Shown here in pieces: positions 40,299 to 49,898 of a DNA stretch of 64,000 nucleotides; position 1 is the stretch's first letter, and each line of letters starts with the position of its first letter. The DNA is from an uncultured candidate division Zixibacteria bacterium. Its GTDB lineage: Bacteria > Zixibacteria > MSB-5A5 > UBA10806 > 4484-95. Under the pieces are notes generated by a model, which was given only the letters and a program-made list of their open reading frames with translations, did not search any database and was not told where the DNA came from. The DNA lies in contig CAXXKA010000008.1 in the NCBI GenBank assembly GCA_963668625.2, positions 480,001 to 544,000 of the forward strand. Reading direction: 5' to 3'. A program made the translations under genes and the position numbers.

Positions 40299-41951
40299 CT
40301 ATTCACAGTTGCCATCTACAGGGGATGGCCCTGTTCCATGGAAATAGTTACGCAGGTAGGTAATATCCGCCCCCGATATCTCGCAATCGCCATTAGCATC
40401 CCCGGCATAATAGGGTTCGGGCTCCGGCCTCTCGCCGGCCAGGTAGCGCACCAGGTAGGTCAAGTCGGAACCCAGCACCTCGCCGTTACCATTAGCGTCC
40501 CCCGGGACAAAATAGGAGCCTTCAGCTTCAATGGTTATCGTGGTGGTAGTAGATGATGGCAGATTGAATTCGACATAGCATTTCGATACGGAGCCGTTTG
40601 ATACCACCTGCTTGAGCTCTCCGTAGCTAACCCTGAACGTATCCGCCAACGGCATATTGAACACGACCCGGGCATGATCAAACTCGAAATCGTAGCCGTT
40701 ATAAATCGAGGCTGTTACCTCATCGCTGGAGCCATCGTTGACGGGTGAGTAATTGGTAGTCAGGCTCTGCCCTGATGAGCCGGCGCTGAAAGCAAGCAGT
40801 GGATGAAAACCGTTCTGGTCATAATGAATTACCCGAAAACTTCTCGCCCCGTCACAGACATTGTCCGTGGCCAGGTTGTACGGGTAGGTATCTATCGAGC
40901 CCTGGTTATAATGAATATGCCCGTAAAGATTCAAATCGATTCCCAGCCCATCGATATCCAGGCCGCCGTTGAAATCGTAATGGATGAAAGTCGCCAGATC
41001 CTTGTTTGCAGGCGTAGACGAGACAACATCGTTAAGCCACTGCCTTTGAAGCATCGTGAAACTTTCGACACCGTAAATCCATGATCGCCAGCCGTCATAA
41101 TTATCGTACGCTTCCAGCTCGATAAATCTGATATTGCCGTAGTCGAAATAGTAATCCTGGGTGTATGGTCCCGGCCCCGTGGTCTGATCGAGATATTTCC
41201 AACCGAAGAATTTCCACCAATCGCGGCGGGCCGTGCCATCCTCCGGAGGAGTATCATCCCAGCCGCCCAGGTCATGATTGCCCGCTCCAACGAAGACCGG
41301 TATCGTGAAATTCGAGATGATATTTTTTGAACGCGAGTAACATCTTAAATCCATGTAATCCTCTAGTTCACCCTCGTTGACAACATCCCCGGTAAACAAA
41401 ACGAACTCAGGATTGAGAATCTCGAAATCATGAACCAACGACCATAAATCGGCCATGGCCGAGGTATCTGTCAGGCCGCCATCCTCATAGTGGTATATAT
41501 GCGTCGGCATGTGCGTATCGGTAATATGGATGAAATAGAAATCAGTCCGATAATGATCGATTACCTTAACCGAATGTTTCGTTGTATCATCAATACCCTC
41601 GGATGTTATATGAAGGTCGTACAATTCATAAGGAATACCCGCCGGCGCCGTTGCTATAATCAGCCATCTGTTGGCGCCCTCCAGGTAGTATGCGCCGTCA
41701 ATAGGTAGATCGTACGAGAGGTCATCAAGCAGAAGTTCTCCCTGCCAGGTTTCCTGGGATTCGCCGGCCTCGACCTCGATATTGAAAGTATGAGTTGCCG
41801 GTACGATTGAGGGGATATTTACTATTGGTCTCAGGATATATGTAAGCGTATCGCCAATAGGATATTGAGCGTTCGAGTGCGAAGTAAATACCAGTGAAAA
41901 TATAGCAACCAGGAAAAGCAATTTAAATTGGTACTTATTTAACATATTCAT
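40299..41951 (-). CDS. Secreted calcineurin-like metallophosphoesterase with C-terminal dockerin
   Basis: 'TDTH', 'TGDVV', 'GNHD', 'H', 'GHIH'; duplicated Ca-loop 'GDANGNGEVLGSDLTYLVRYL' / 'GDANGDCEISGADITYLRNYF'. Confidence 0.85.
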   Translation of the reverse strand: MNMLNKYQFKLLFLVAIFSLVFTSHSNAQYPIGDTLTYILRPIVNIPSIVPATHTFNIEVEAGESQETWQGELLLDDLSYDLPIDGAYYLEGANRWLIIATAPAGIPYELYDLHITSEGIDDTTKHSVKVIDHYRTDFYFIHITDTHMPTHIYHYEDGGLTDTSAMADLWSLVHDFEILNPEFVLFTGDVVNEGELEDYMDLRCYSRSKNIISNFTIPVFVGAGNHDLGGWDDTPPEDGTARRDWWKFFGWKYLDQTTGPGPYTQDYYFDYGNIRFIELEAYDNYDGWRSWIYGVESFTMLQRQWLNDVVSSTPANKDLATFIHYDFNGGLDIDGLGIDLNLYGHIHYNQGSIDTYPYNLATDNVCDGARSFRVIHYDQNGFHPLLAFSAGSSGQSLTTNYSPVNDGSSDEVTASIYNGYDFEFDHARVVFNMPLADTFRVSYGELKQVVSNGSVSKCYVEFNLPSSTTTTITIEAEGSYFVPGDANGNGEVLGSDLTYLVRYLAGERPEPEPYYAGDANGDCEISGADITYLRNYFHGTGPSPVDGNCE

Positions 41952-42077
41952 GTATAGGAATATAATATAAAACGTATCATATGCAACACCTTAATTGACA
42001 ATGAATTTCATCTTGAGTAAAAGAGTGTAAATTAATGTAGCGTTAATCGTTAAATTGAGCTGACCTGTAACTGGATA

Positions 42078-43166
42078 TCACTTCAGATAAAATATCAGGG
42101 ATAAAGCGCATTGAAAAAAGTCGTAATCATAATAATCGTCATCAGAGTTGTTAGAATAATACCCGGCTGATAGTTCAACTTTCAACGCTCGGAAATATCT
42201 GGCGGTCAGATTTATCTGCTTGTCTAATTGCGTGTCTACCGACCAGCCGTCATCGTTGCGAGTACTTATTCCGGTCAACCAGGGTAACTCCTCCTGCTGG
42301 GCCTCGCTATAGCTAAATTTCCTATTCCAGTATTTAATATTAGTGATATTGATAACTCCCCAGGGAAATATTCGTTTCAGGAAACCGTGAAGTTGATAAC
42401 CATCCCAGGGATCCCAATAGGGAGTAATGCCGCTCAAGATATAATAACTCGAAAGCGGCCTCGTACCGTTTCCGGTAAACCTGATTGCGGTAGCGGCGCT
42501 TACACCGGTTCTGATATCGATAGACTGCGAAAGCTTGAACTCGAGATCGAGCCAGTCAACCTTGCTATCATCTATTTTAAAATACCTTCGATAGAATTCG
42601 GCTTTTGCCCTGACAGTCGTTCGGGTGGGCAGCGTTTTAATTATCGTGCTTTTAACTTTATGTTCGGTATGATTGAGATTGTCGAACCCGGAATACTCGG
42701 ATCTTTTCAGTCGATAGGCCAGCCCGCCCCGTAAGCCCGTAATTATGCAATACGAGATATCACCGCTAAGAAATATATTGTAATTATCGTAATCGGAATT
42801 AGCCTCTGTATAGTCGCGGTATGTTCCGGCGAGGTCTACCGACCATTTGAGTTTATCACTAACCAATTTCCTGAAAACGGAAATTCCCGCCAGATGGTTA
42901 AACTGGTTTATACTATTGCGATCGCTATACCTGTAATAAGTCAGATCGTAATATGTCTTAAGTCGAGTATTGTCAAATTGAATATTCGTCAGTGAAAGAC
43001 CGCCGTATAAGTAGCTATCGCCAAGGCTGAAACTATCGGCATAGAGGTTGCTCGAATAGCCTCCTCCCGACTCGACGGATATGCCGGTATAACCGTAACT
43101 GACATTATTAAATCCCAGTATCAGAAATATTATCGATACCGCGTTGAGATATTTTCTTATTGTCAA
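42078..43166 (-). CDS. Predicted outer-membrane beta-barrel protein
   Basis: Signal peptide, alternating aromatic/hydrophobic strands, N-terminal 'GYSSNLY', C-terminal strand 'ALSLIFYLK'. Confidence 0.65.
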   Translation of the reverse strand: MTIRKYLNAVSIIFLILGFNNVSYGYTGISVESGGGYSSNLYADSFSLGDSYLYGGLSLTNIQFDNTRLKTYYDLTYYRYSDRNSINQFNHLAGISVFRKLVSDKLKWSVDLAGTYRDYTEANSDYDNYNIFLSGDISYCIITGLRGGLAYRLKRSEYSGFDNLNHTEHKVKSTIIKTLPTRTTVRAKAEFYRRYFKIDDSKVDWLDLEFKLSQSIDIRTGVSAATAIRFTGNGTRPLSSYYILSGITPYWDPWDGYQLHGFLKRIFPWGVINITNIKYWNRKFSYSEAQQEELPWLTGISTRNDDGWSVDTQLDKQINLTARYFRALKVELSAGYYSNNSDDDYYDYDFFQCALSLIFYLK

Positions 43167-43209
43167 ATTATTAGCCCGGATTAATCAGGTTGCACAATTT
43201 TGTCAGCAT

Positions 43210-43914
43210 TTAACGCCCGCCCTTTTTATTCTGATTCCCGGAGCGTTTGCTGTTATCCTTATTTTGCCCTCTTTTATCATTTTTTTCGGACTGCTTTATA
43301 GTCCTGCGATCGCCGGTGTTATCGGTCGTGCTATTTTTGGCTTTGCGTTGGCTTTGCTGGATATTGCCATCCGAACCGGCGGATCCAACATCCGACCCGC
43401 CAGCCAATTTGCCGTTGCCCCCTCCATGGTCGCCGGACCCTCCTTGTCCACTCTGTCCGCCGCCATCACCATCGCCCTCGTTGCCGCTGCCGGAGTTGCC
43501 GCGATGACCGCCCCGCCCATCACCCTGACCGTGACCGGTGCTATCACGAGGGCCGTATTGCCCCGGTTCGCCGTAATGGTTTTCCTGCTGGAACCGATTT
43601 CGTTCGGCCTCAATAGATTGACCATACATATAGCGATGCATATACAAACTCTCCGCCGAATGTCCTTTGAAATCGGGATCGATAGCGTTGGGGATGCCAT
43701 CTCCATCATCATCCGGCATGAGATCGTTGAAACCGTCGCCGTCCTCATCGATAAACTGCCCTACCCGGCCTTTACCTTTAGCCTCGCCTTTTTTCTGCGC
43801 CAGCGAGGGTTCTACGAATAAGACCAGGCAAAACAGGGCCGCTATAACGGCTACTATCGACTTACGGAACATATCACCCGTCTTGTTTTCATCTTCTTTG
43901 TTCTCATTTCTCAT
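43210..43914 (-). CDS. Secreted DxDGDG-repeat, Gly-rich low-complexity protein
   Basis: Signal peptide (..PSLA-Q); 'FIDEDGDGFNDLMPDDDGDGIPNAIDPDF'; Gly-rich then basic tail. Confidence 0.8.
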   Translation of the reverse strand: MRNENKEDENKTGDMFRKSIVAVIAALFCLVLFVEPSLAQKKGEAKGKGRVGQFIDEDGDGFNDLMPDDDGDGIPNAIDPDFKGHSAESLYMHRYMYGQSIEAERNRFQQENHYGEPGQYGPRDSTGHGQGDGRGGHRGNSGSGNEGDGDGGGQSGQGGSGDHGGGNGKLAGGSDVGSAGSDGNIQQSQRKAKNSTTDNTGDRRTIKQSEKNDKRGQNKDNSKRSGNQNKKGGR

Positions 43915-43944
43915 TTTTCTATCCCCCTTTACACATTAGTACTA

Positions 43945-43960
43945 TACAAAACTAATGCCA
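43945..43960 (-). promoter_or_regulatory. sigma54 -24/-12 promoter
   Basis: TGGCATTAGTTTTGTA (GG-N10-GT variant). Confidence 0.65.
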
Positions 43961-44037
43961 CGAACGCCGGAAATCGCCTCCTGTAAGAGCTTATATATCA
44001 ACAGGGTATATTCTGCAATCGATTGCAATATCAAGAT

Positions 44038-44086
44038 GGCGGAATTTAACGACCTCGGTGTCGAATAATTCGTAGATATTGTCGAA
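44038..44086. promoter_or_regulatory. Candidate enhancer (UAS) for the NtrC-type activator
   Basis: AATTCGTA-N6-GTCGAA at 44067-44086, also at 48241-48260; further GTCG/CGAC half-sites nearby. Confidence 0.6.
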
Positions 44087-44100
44087 AATGTTTCTGTTAC

Positions 44101-45462
44101 TCACTCTTTCATGCCCCATTTTTTCAACCTGTCCCGGATGTTTTTCTCCGAAATCCCCAGGGCTCTGGCCGCCCGGCTTTGATTGTTGCCTGTGCTTCTC
44201 AGGGCCTCCATCACCAGCTTTTTCTCGATTATTTCCAGCTTAACCGGTAGCGGGTCGTTTTCAGCATAGGTGTACATCCCGTTTTTAGAATGGAACGAGT
44301 AGGGTAAATCATCAATATCGATAGCCTGGTTGCGGGTTAACACCACCGAGGCTTCGATCGCATTTTCCAACTCGCGGACATTGCCGGGGTAATGATGTTT
44401 CAGAAGGGCGTCACGGGCCGCTGAGGTGAAGCCTTTTACCTGTTTGGAATTTTTCAATGTATAGATTTTCAGGAAATGCTCAGCTAAGGGGATAATGTCT
44501 GTTTTTCTCTGGCGAAGCGGCGGGATATTTATACCTATCACGTTCAACCGGAAAAATAAATCCTCGCGGAATTTGCCTTCTTTTACCATCTGCTCCAGGT
44601 TTTGATGAGTTGCTGCTATTATCCTGATATCGAGTTTCATGCTTTCGGCGGCCCCCAGTCGTTCGACCGTGCCCTCCTGCAAAAAACGTAACAACTTGGG
44701 TTGCAGCACATGGGGCATATCGCCTATCTCATCGATGAAAAGCGTGCCGCTATCGGCCAGTTCGAGCTTACCTTTTCGCATGCTGACGGCCCCGGTAAAC
44801 GCTCCGGCCTCGTGACCGAACATCTCGCTTTCCAACAGTGACTCCGGTATGGCCGCGCAATTGACTATAACCAGCGGCTTTTCCGCTCTGGGCGAGCCGT
44901 AATGAATTGCCCGCGCAATCCTTTCCTTACCGGTACCGGACTCTCCCTGGATGAGCACGGAGGCGGTGGTTGGCGCTACCCGTCCCACTATATTTAGTAC
45001 CTCCTCCATTTCCAGCGAGGAGGATATAATGCCTTTATATTCGCCGTTGGCCTGAATCAGCTCTTTAAGCTGCTTGTTTTCGACTATAAGGCGTCTGTTT
45101 TCCAGCGCTTTTATTATGCTGATCTCCAACTGATCCAGATCGATCGGTTTGGTAAGGTAATTATAAGCGCCTTTACGCATGGCTAAAACCGCGTCATCTA
45201 TCGAGCCGAAGGCGGTCATGAGTATGAATGTTATATCCGGGACAATCTCGCGGGCTTTATCCTGAAGTTCCAAACCGGTCATTCCCGGCATCCTGATATC
45301 CGAGATCACCAGGTCGATCGTTTCATTTTTTATTTGATCTAACGCCTGTTTACCATCGGGACACTCTATGATCTCGTAGCCGGCTTTCTTGATAAATCCG
45401 GCGATCGCCACACGTTGGCTTTGCTCGTCATCAACCAATAATATTTTCGCTTTAGCGTTCAA
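44101..45462 (-). CDS. sigma54-dependent response regulator (NtrC/ZraR/AtoC type)
   Basis: REC 'LLVDDE...SDIRMP', Walker A 'GESGTGKE', 'GAFTGA', '[10 protein letters not shown]', Fis HTH; likely TTG start 45462 overlapping the kinase stop. Confidence 0.93.
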   Translation of the reverse strand: MNAKAKILLVDDEQSQRVAIAGFIKKAGYEIIECPDGKQALDQIKNETIDLVISDIRMPGMTGLELQDKAREIVPDITFILMTAFGSIDDAVLAMRKGAYNYLTKPIDLDQLEISIIKALENRRLIVENKQLKELIQANGEYKGIISSSLEMEEVLNIVGRVAPTTASVLIQGESGTGKERIARAIHYGSPRAEKPLVIVNCAAIPESLLESEMFGHEAGAFTGAVSMRKGKLELADSGTLFIDEIGDMPHVLQPKLLRFLQEGTVERLGAAESMKLDIRIIAATHQNLEQMVKEGKFREDLFFRLNVIGINIPPLRQRKTDIIPLAEHFLKIYTLKNSKQVKGFTSAARDALLKHHYPGNVRELENAIEASVVLTRNQAIDIDDLPYSFHSKNGMYTYAENDPLPVKLEIIEKKLVMEALRSTGNNQSRAARALGISEKNIRDRLKKWGMKE

Positions 45463-47176
45463 CTGGAAACTCCATTCTGAAAATCGTTCCACCGGTTGGA
45501 TTGTCCAACACCTCTACTGTGCCTCCATGCTCCTTTACAGTCATTAGAACCGAGGGTAACCCCATGCCGGTGCCGGTATCCTTGGTGGTGAAATACATAT
45601 CGAATATCCTGCTTTTCAAGTCATCGGCTATTCCCGGCCCGTTATCGGCTATCTCGATGTAGATATAATCCTTTTCGGAGTAAGCTTTTACCGTGATCAC
45701 GCCATTATCTTCGACGGCATCGAGAGCGTTTTCCAGTATATTAAGTATCGCCTGCCCGCACAGGGTCGAATCGATATTCGAATCGGGCAACGTATCGAGA
45801 TCATTTATGATTTTGATATTTTTTTGACTGGCCCTTGGCATGAATAGATTTAGCACTTCGCGCAAGCAATCGTTAATGTTACCTCGTGTTTTATTCAATG
45901 CCGGCGGGCGAGCCATTTTAAGGAATTGGCCTATCGATTCGTTAATCCTGTCTGTTTCGCGTTTTACCACGTTGGTTAGCTCCAGGTATTCCTCGTTATC
46001 CGCTTGCGGCGTAAACTCTCGCTGCAAGCGCTGCACGATTACCCTGATAGCGTTTAACGGGTTTCTTATCTCATGCGCGACACCGCCGGCCAATTCCCCC
46101 ATCGAGGCCAGCCTGGCTTTGATTGCTTTATCGGCCTCGAGTTTCTGTACCTCGTCTTTTATCTCATCGTATCTTTCGGCAATTATTCTGTAATTGTTCC
46201 AGATAACTACCCCGATAACCGCTACCAGGGTGATCATCAATCCGAATATGGAGTGCCAGAACACATCCCTGACCAGTTTGGCGTTGAGCATTTCCAATAC
46301 GACAGTGTTCATCCCAATGACGATATCGCCGTAATATTGACCGGAAACATAAAACGGGCCTTTTGCCTCATATACTTTATATGATTCATTATCGTTATCG
46401 TTATTGGTTAGAGTAATAATTCTGGTCATTACCGAATCGCTGTTGCCGCTGCCGGTGATATACCAGTCATCGCTTTGATCGAAAGGGAAACTGCTCGTGG
46501 CGGCGATAGTGAATCCATTGCTGAATATACCGGCGTAATGTACGCCCGTGTTACGTGATAAGTCCTCGATTATACTGCCGGTACCGAAAGCCCGTCTTTT
46601 ATTTTGAAGTTCATCCGGGTCGACTCCGATCATTACTATTTCACCATTGGGATTTTTTTGAAGAACTGCGAATAGCCTGTGGTCTGAAGTTACTCCGTCA
46701 ATAAATCCCGGGATGGCCCTGTTGTTTTCGCTTTCCGATAAGGGGACTATATAGTTCCTCATAAAGAGCGTATCCGGTATTTTTGATGATTTCCCAGGGT
46801 AGGTTCGCAAGGGCTTCCCCGATTTATTGAATATCATGAATTCCTTAATATTGTTTTCCGATATGAATCGCTTAGTGTATTCGGAATCGACTCTTTTGAA
46901 TCGATCATCCCGGCCAACGATGTTTGCCAGCACGAACAACTTTCCGGTTACCTGTTCCTGAAGGCTCTGGTAGGCTATCAATCCTTTTTCACCGGCGCCG
47001 GCTATGCTGGTTATCAATATCTCTGACTGGGAACGAAAGAGGTCCAAAATCGCCTTACGGCTGAACCTGTATTCAAGATAAGATTGGCCAATGGTGATTA
47101 GCATCAGTATCACGCCCGGCAAAACCAACAACCTGGTATAGAATTTTAAATTTTTCATACGCTTCACTTGTTTCAT
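45452..47176 (-). CDS. Sensor histidine kinase (ZraS/AtoS type) with periplasmic domain
   Basis: Two TMs, H-box 'AHEIRNPL', 'NALDA', 'DNGPG', 'FTTK..GTGMG'. Confidence 0.93.
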   Translation of the reverse strand: MKQVKRMKNLKFYTRLLVLPGVILMLITIGQSYLEYRFSRKAILDLFRSQSEILITSIAGAGEKGLIAYQSLQEQVTGKLFVLANIVGRDDRFKRVDSEYTKRFISENNIKEFMIFNKSGKPLRTYPGKSSKIPDTLFMRNYIVPLSESENNRAIPGFIDGVTSDHRLFAVLQKNPNGEIVMIGVDPDELQNKRRAFGTGSIIEDLSRNTGVHYAGIFSNGFTIAATSSFPFDQSDDWYITGSGNSDSVMTRIITLTNNDNDNESYKVYEAKGPFYVSGQYYGDIVIGMNTVVLEMLNAKLVRDVFWHSIFGLMITLVAVIGVVIWNNYRIIAERYDEIKDEVQKLEADKAIKARLASMGELAGGVAHEIRNPLNAIRVIVQRLQREFTPQADNEEYLELTNVVKRETDRINESIGQFLKMARPPALNKTRGNINDCLREVLNLFMPRASQKNIKIINDLDTLPDSNIDSTLCGQAILNILENALDAVEDNGVITVKAYSEKDYIYIEIADNGPGIADDLKSRIFDMYFTTKDTGTGMGLPSVLMTVKEHGGTVEVLDNPTGGTIFRMEFPVER

Positions 47177-47246
47177 AATCTAAAATATTTAACGGCTTTT
47201 CGTCGAATTTATCAAGTAATAAAACCATCTTGCTTTCCCCGAATTA

Positions 47247-47388
47247 CAGTGGCCTGTCGACATTCCCGCCTGCTATTTGAGGATGATATTTTGGGTCGCC
47301 GGGGTAGATGAGGAGGGTTTGTCTTAAAAGGACATTCCTTGTTTTCTACTGGCCTGGTTATGTTAACACTCGCGGGAATAGGTCACTG
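47247..47388 (+). ncRNA. Candidate structured RNA (long interrupted hairpin, 6S-like topology)
   Basis: Nested pairings CAGTGGCCT/AGGTCACTG, ATTCCCGC/GCGGGAAT, GCCG..GTAGA/TCTACTGGC, AGGAG/TTCCT, TGTC/GACA. Confidence 0.35.
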
Positions 47389-47545
47389 GGCTGTCCGAAC
47401 TCACGCGCATACATCGTTAGCCGATCGCCCCCATCCCCGGACAACACTGGCGTGACTGATCTTATATCCCCGCTTATCAATATTTTTGATACAGCTCAGA
47501 ATATCTGCCGACCGTGATGACTTTTGTATGTTTTCACCAACGAAT

Positions 47546-47579
47546 AAAAAGCGCCAACCGTCAAAGACAGTCGGCGCTT
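47546..47579 (-). terminator. Intrinsic terminator of the 152-aa gene
   Basis: Minus strand AAGCGCCGACTGTC-TTT-GACGGTTGGCGCTT-TTT. Confidence 0.75.
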
Positions 47580-47651
47580 CCCCATTGTGCAACCGGGATG
47601 GGAATACATCCGGTTATTTGCCGTTTACTTTATTATGTGGAGGTAAAGCAA

Positions 47652-48110
47652 TTACGGCCTGTGGGGACCATCACCGTCACAATCGCCATCGCCCCCCGGG
47701 CCATTGCCGGTACCATCTTGCGGACCATTGCCGCCGTTACCTGTGCCATCACCGGGACCGTAACCATTACCGGGCCCGAATCCTATAACATCCCCGGAGA
47801 CTCCGCTTAACCACTGGTACATGTTGCGATACCAATTCTTGTTACCGCCGTTTACCTCGGGTTCGCCGGGGTTACCATGACGGTTACCTGAACCATCCTG
47901 CGGCCTGACATAATCGGGGTCCTGTCCATTGGGAATTCCGTCGCCGTCATGATCTGGGGCCAGGTCATTAAAACCATCACCGTCATTGTCGACGAAGTCC
48001 CTGACTCTGTAACCGTTGCCACGGTCTTGAGCAGAGGCGGTATCTGTTCCGATCATAACCACCATCAGCACCAGAGCTAAAATTGCTAGAGTTGAAGTTA
48101 GAGTTTTCAT
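47652..48110 (-). CDS. Secreted DxDGDG-repeat, Gly/Asn/Pro-rich protein (paralog of 43210..43914)
   Basis: Signal peptide (..TASA-Q); 'FVDNDGDGFNDLAPDHDGDGIPNGQDPDY'; 'GPxDGTG' repeats; RBS AGGAGAGG. Confidence 0.82.
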   Translation of the reverse strand: MKTLTSTLAILALVLMVVMIGTDTASAQDRGNGYRVRDFVDNDGDGFNDLAPDHDGDGIPNGQDPDYVRPQDGSGNRHGNPGEPEVNGGNKNWYRNMYQWLSGVSGDVIGFGPGNGYGPGDGTGNGGNGPQDGTGNGPGGDGDCDGDGPHRP

Positions 48111-48152
48111 TAAACCTCTCCTTGTTTTGTTTTAAATCTGATAAACTCCTTA

Positions 48153-48168
48153 TGCAAAGCTCATGCCG
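48153..48168 (-). promoter_or_regulatory. sigma54 -24/-12 promoter
   Basis: CGGCATGAGCTTTGCA (GG-N10-GC). Confidence 0.75.
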
Positions 48169-48240
48169 AATCGATAAGGTTTTATGTAACATGATATCTA
48201 ACCATCGATTAGCTAGATACTGAAATTATACCAATATTGA

Positions 48241-48270
48241 AATTCGTAATTTTAGTCGAAGAGTTTCGAC
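48241..48270. promoter_or_regulatory. Candidate enhancer (UAS)
   Basis: AATTCGTA-N6-GTCGAA overlapping the palindrome GTCGAA-GAGT-TTCGAC. Confidence 0.6.
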
Positions 48271-48563
48271 TGTGTGGACGAGTTATTGAGGAATCTCATA
48301 TAATACTCTTACATATCATATACTTTATAATAAGATATTTATTCGGTTGATTGTTTATAATCATATATACGAATATTATATATGTAATTAAAATATGAAA
48401 TATAGTGATAATCGAGTAAAGAAAAATGTGCCTGGTAAAATAACGGACAAGATACTTGAGATTATCTTTCTTGACTTTTCCTCGTAGCATTTTTATACTA
48501 AGCTCGATTGCGAATCGCATCATAGTTGAAATAATTATATATAAACACCTTTTGAGGAATAGT

Positions 48564-49310
48564 ATGCGAATTATAGAGGTGACTCCCGGCAATATCGATG
48601 AATTCGGAATTGCCTGCGTGAAAAATCAGAAACATATCGGTTATCCCGTTAAACGAGATTGGTATATCAATAATTATAAGGATGGCTTGCGTATTCAGCT
48701 ATTGTATGACAGCAAAACGGCCTGCGGTATGATCGAATACCTACCGGCAGAATACGCCTGGCGTCCGGTTTCCGCCCCGGGATGTATGTTCATTCACTGT
48801 ATCTGGGTCTATCCCAAGAAAAATCAAGGCAAGGGGCACGGCTCCGCGTTGGTGCAAGCTTGCTTGAAAGATGCCGAGCGAGCAAAGATGAAAGGAGTGG
48901 TCACGGTTGCCAGTGATGGTTCGTGGGTTGCCGATAGGCGGCTGTATGAAAAAAACGGTTTCGAACTCATCGAGAGTCGGGATCGGTTCGATTTGATGTA
49001 TTATCATATTAATGGGAAGTCCATCCCGGAATTTCTTGCCTGGGAGACCAATCAAAAAAAATATGAGGGCTTGAATCTGGTATATGCGGCTCAATGCCCT
49101 TATTTCCATAAAGTCGCTGGAGAGCTGGCCGAGACGGCCAGGGAGTATGGAGTCGAGTTGAATATTGTCGAGCTAAAGACAGCCAAACAGGCGCAATCTG
49201 CGCCCTCGGGCTACGGCACATTCAGCCTGATTTACAACGGCAGGCTGTTGGAGGATCACTATATATCGAAATCGCGGTTTAGGAATATATTGACTAAAGA
49301 GATAGGCTGA
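48564..49310 (+). CDS. GNAT acetyltransferase with YoaP-like C-terminal domain
   Basis: Start 48564 after GAGGA; 'IEYLPAEYAWRP', 'FIHCIWV', 'GKGHG', 'QCPY', 'AQSAPS'; upstream TTGACT-N17-TATACT. Confidence 0.85.
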   Translation: MRIIEVTPGNIDEFGIACVKNQKHIGYPVKRDWYINNYKDGLRIQLLYDSKTACGMIEYLPAEYAWRPVSAPGCMFIHCIWVYPKKNQGKGHGSALVQACLKDAERAKMKGVVTVASDGSWVADRRLYEKNGFELIESRDRFDLMYYHINGKSIPEFLAWETNQKKYEGLNLVYAAQCPYFHKVAGELAETAREYGVELNIVELKTAKQAQSAPSGYGTFSLIYNGRLLEDHYISKSRFRNILTKEIG

Positions 49311-49765
49311 CTCACCGAGATTTGACTGCCGGCAAGGAGATCAGTGATTATTCCCAACTTTGAATTAGACAGAAATCTCTTAATCTCCCGAAGCATCCTA
49401 TTAATTGACTCTAATATCGCCAACGACGTGCGTTATCGAATTGGCTATATCGAATAAGAGTGAGGCAGATGATTAGATTCAAGCTATCCTGGATGTTATA
49501 GCTACCGAAGAATTGCCATAGCCTGATGTATCGACCCTCAGCTTTTGCGTATTATCATCTTAATCGGATCGATTCGTACTAGATTGTTTCAGTATAGCAA
49601 TTGGGAAAAAGCAGGAAATGATCTAATGAAACGCCCTGCTAGAAGAACTTGTAGCATACCATATCCTTCTACTCACCATAATCCTATGCCTGTTTTATAG
49701 TTGGTTTATTCAACGATAGCTCAGGTGTATAATCTCTCATTCATACACTCCAAACAACATACCTG

Positions 49766-49793
49766 TTGACATCCCTATAAATAAAGGTATCTT
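49766..49793 (+). promoter_or_regulatory. sigma70-type promoter upstream of lepA
   Basis: TTGACA-N16-TATCTT. Confidence 0.5.
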
Positions 49794-49898
49794 CACTGCC
49801 GAATTGATAGTTAGGATAATGGTACTTCCCCTAAAAAGAGGAATTATCGCCAGTTAAACAAAAGGCGTATGTGATACGACCCTGTGGGTGAATAAATA

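Noticed and set aside
43144-43821. 225-aa hydrophobic plus-strand ORF
   Set aside because: Antisense shadow of the Gly-rich gene, which has the RBS, sigma54 promoter and a paralog
48296-48592. 98-aa minus-strand ORF
   Set aside because: AT-rich promoter region between divergent genes; no RBS
49311-49760. Possible decayed gene upstream of lepA
   Set aside because: No ORF of 60 aa or more in the track and no recognisable remnant by eye
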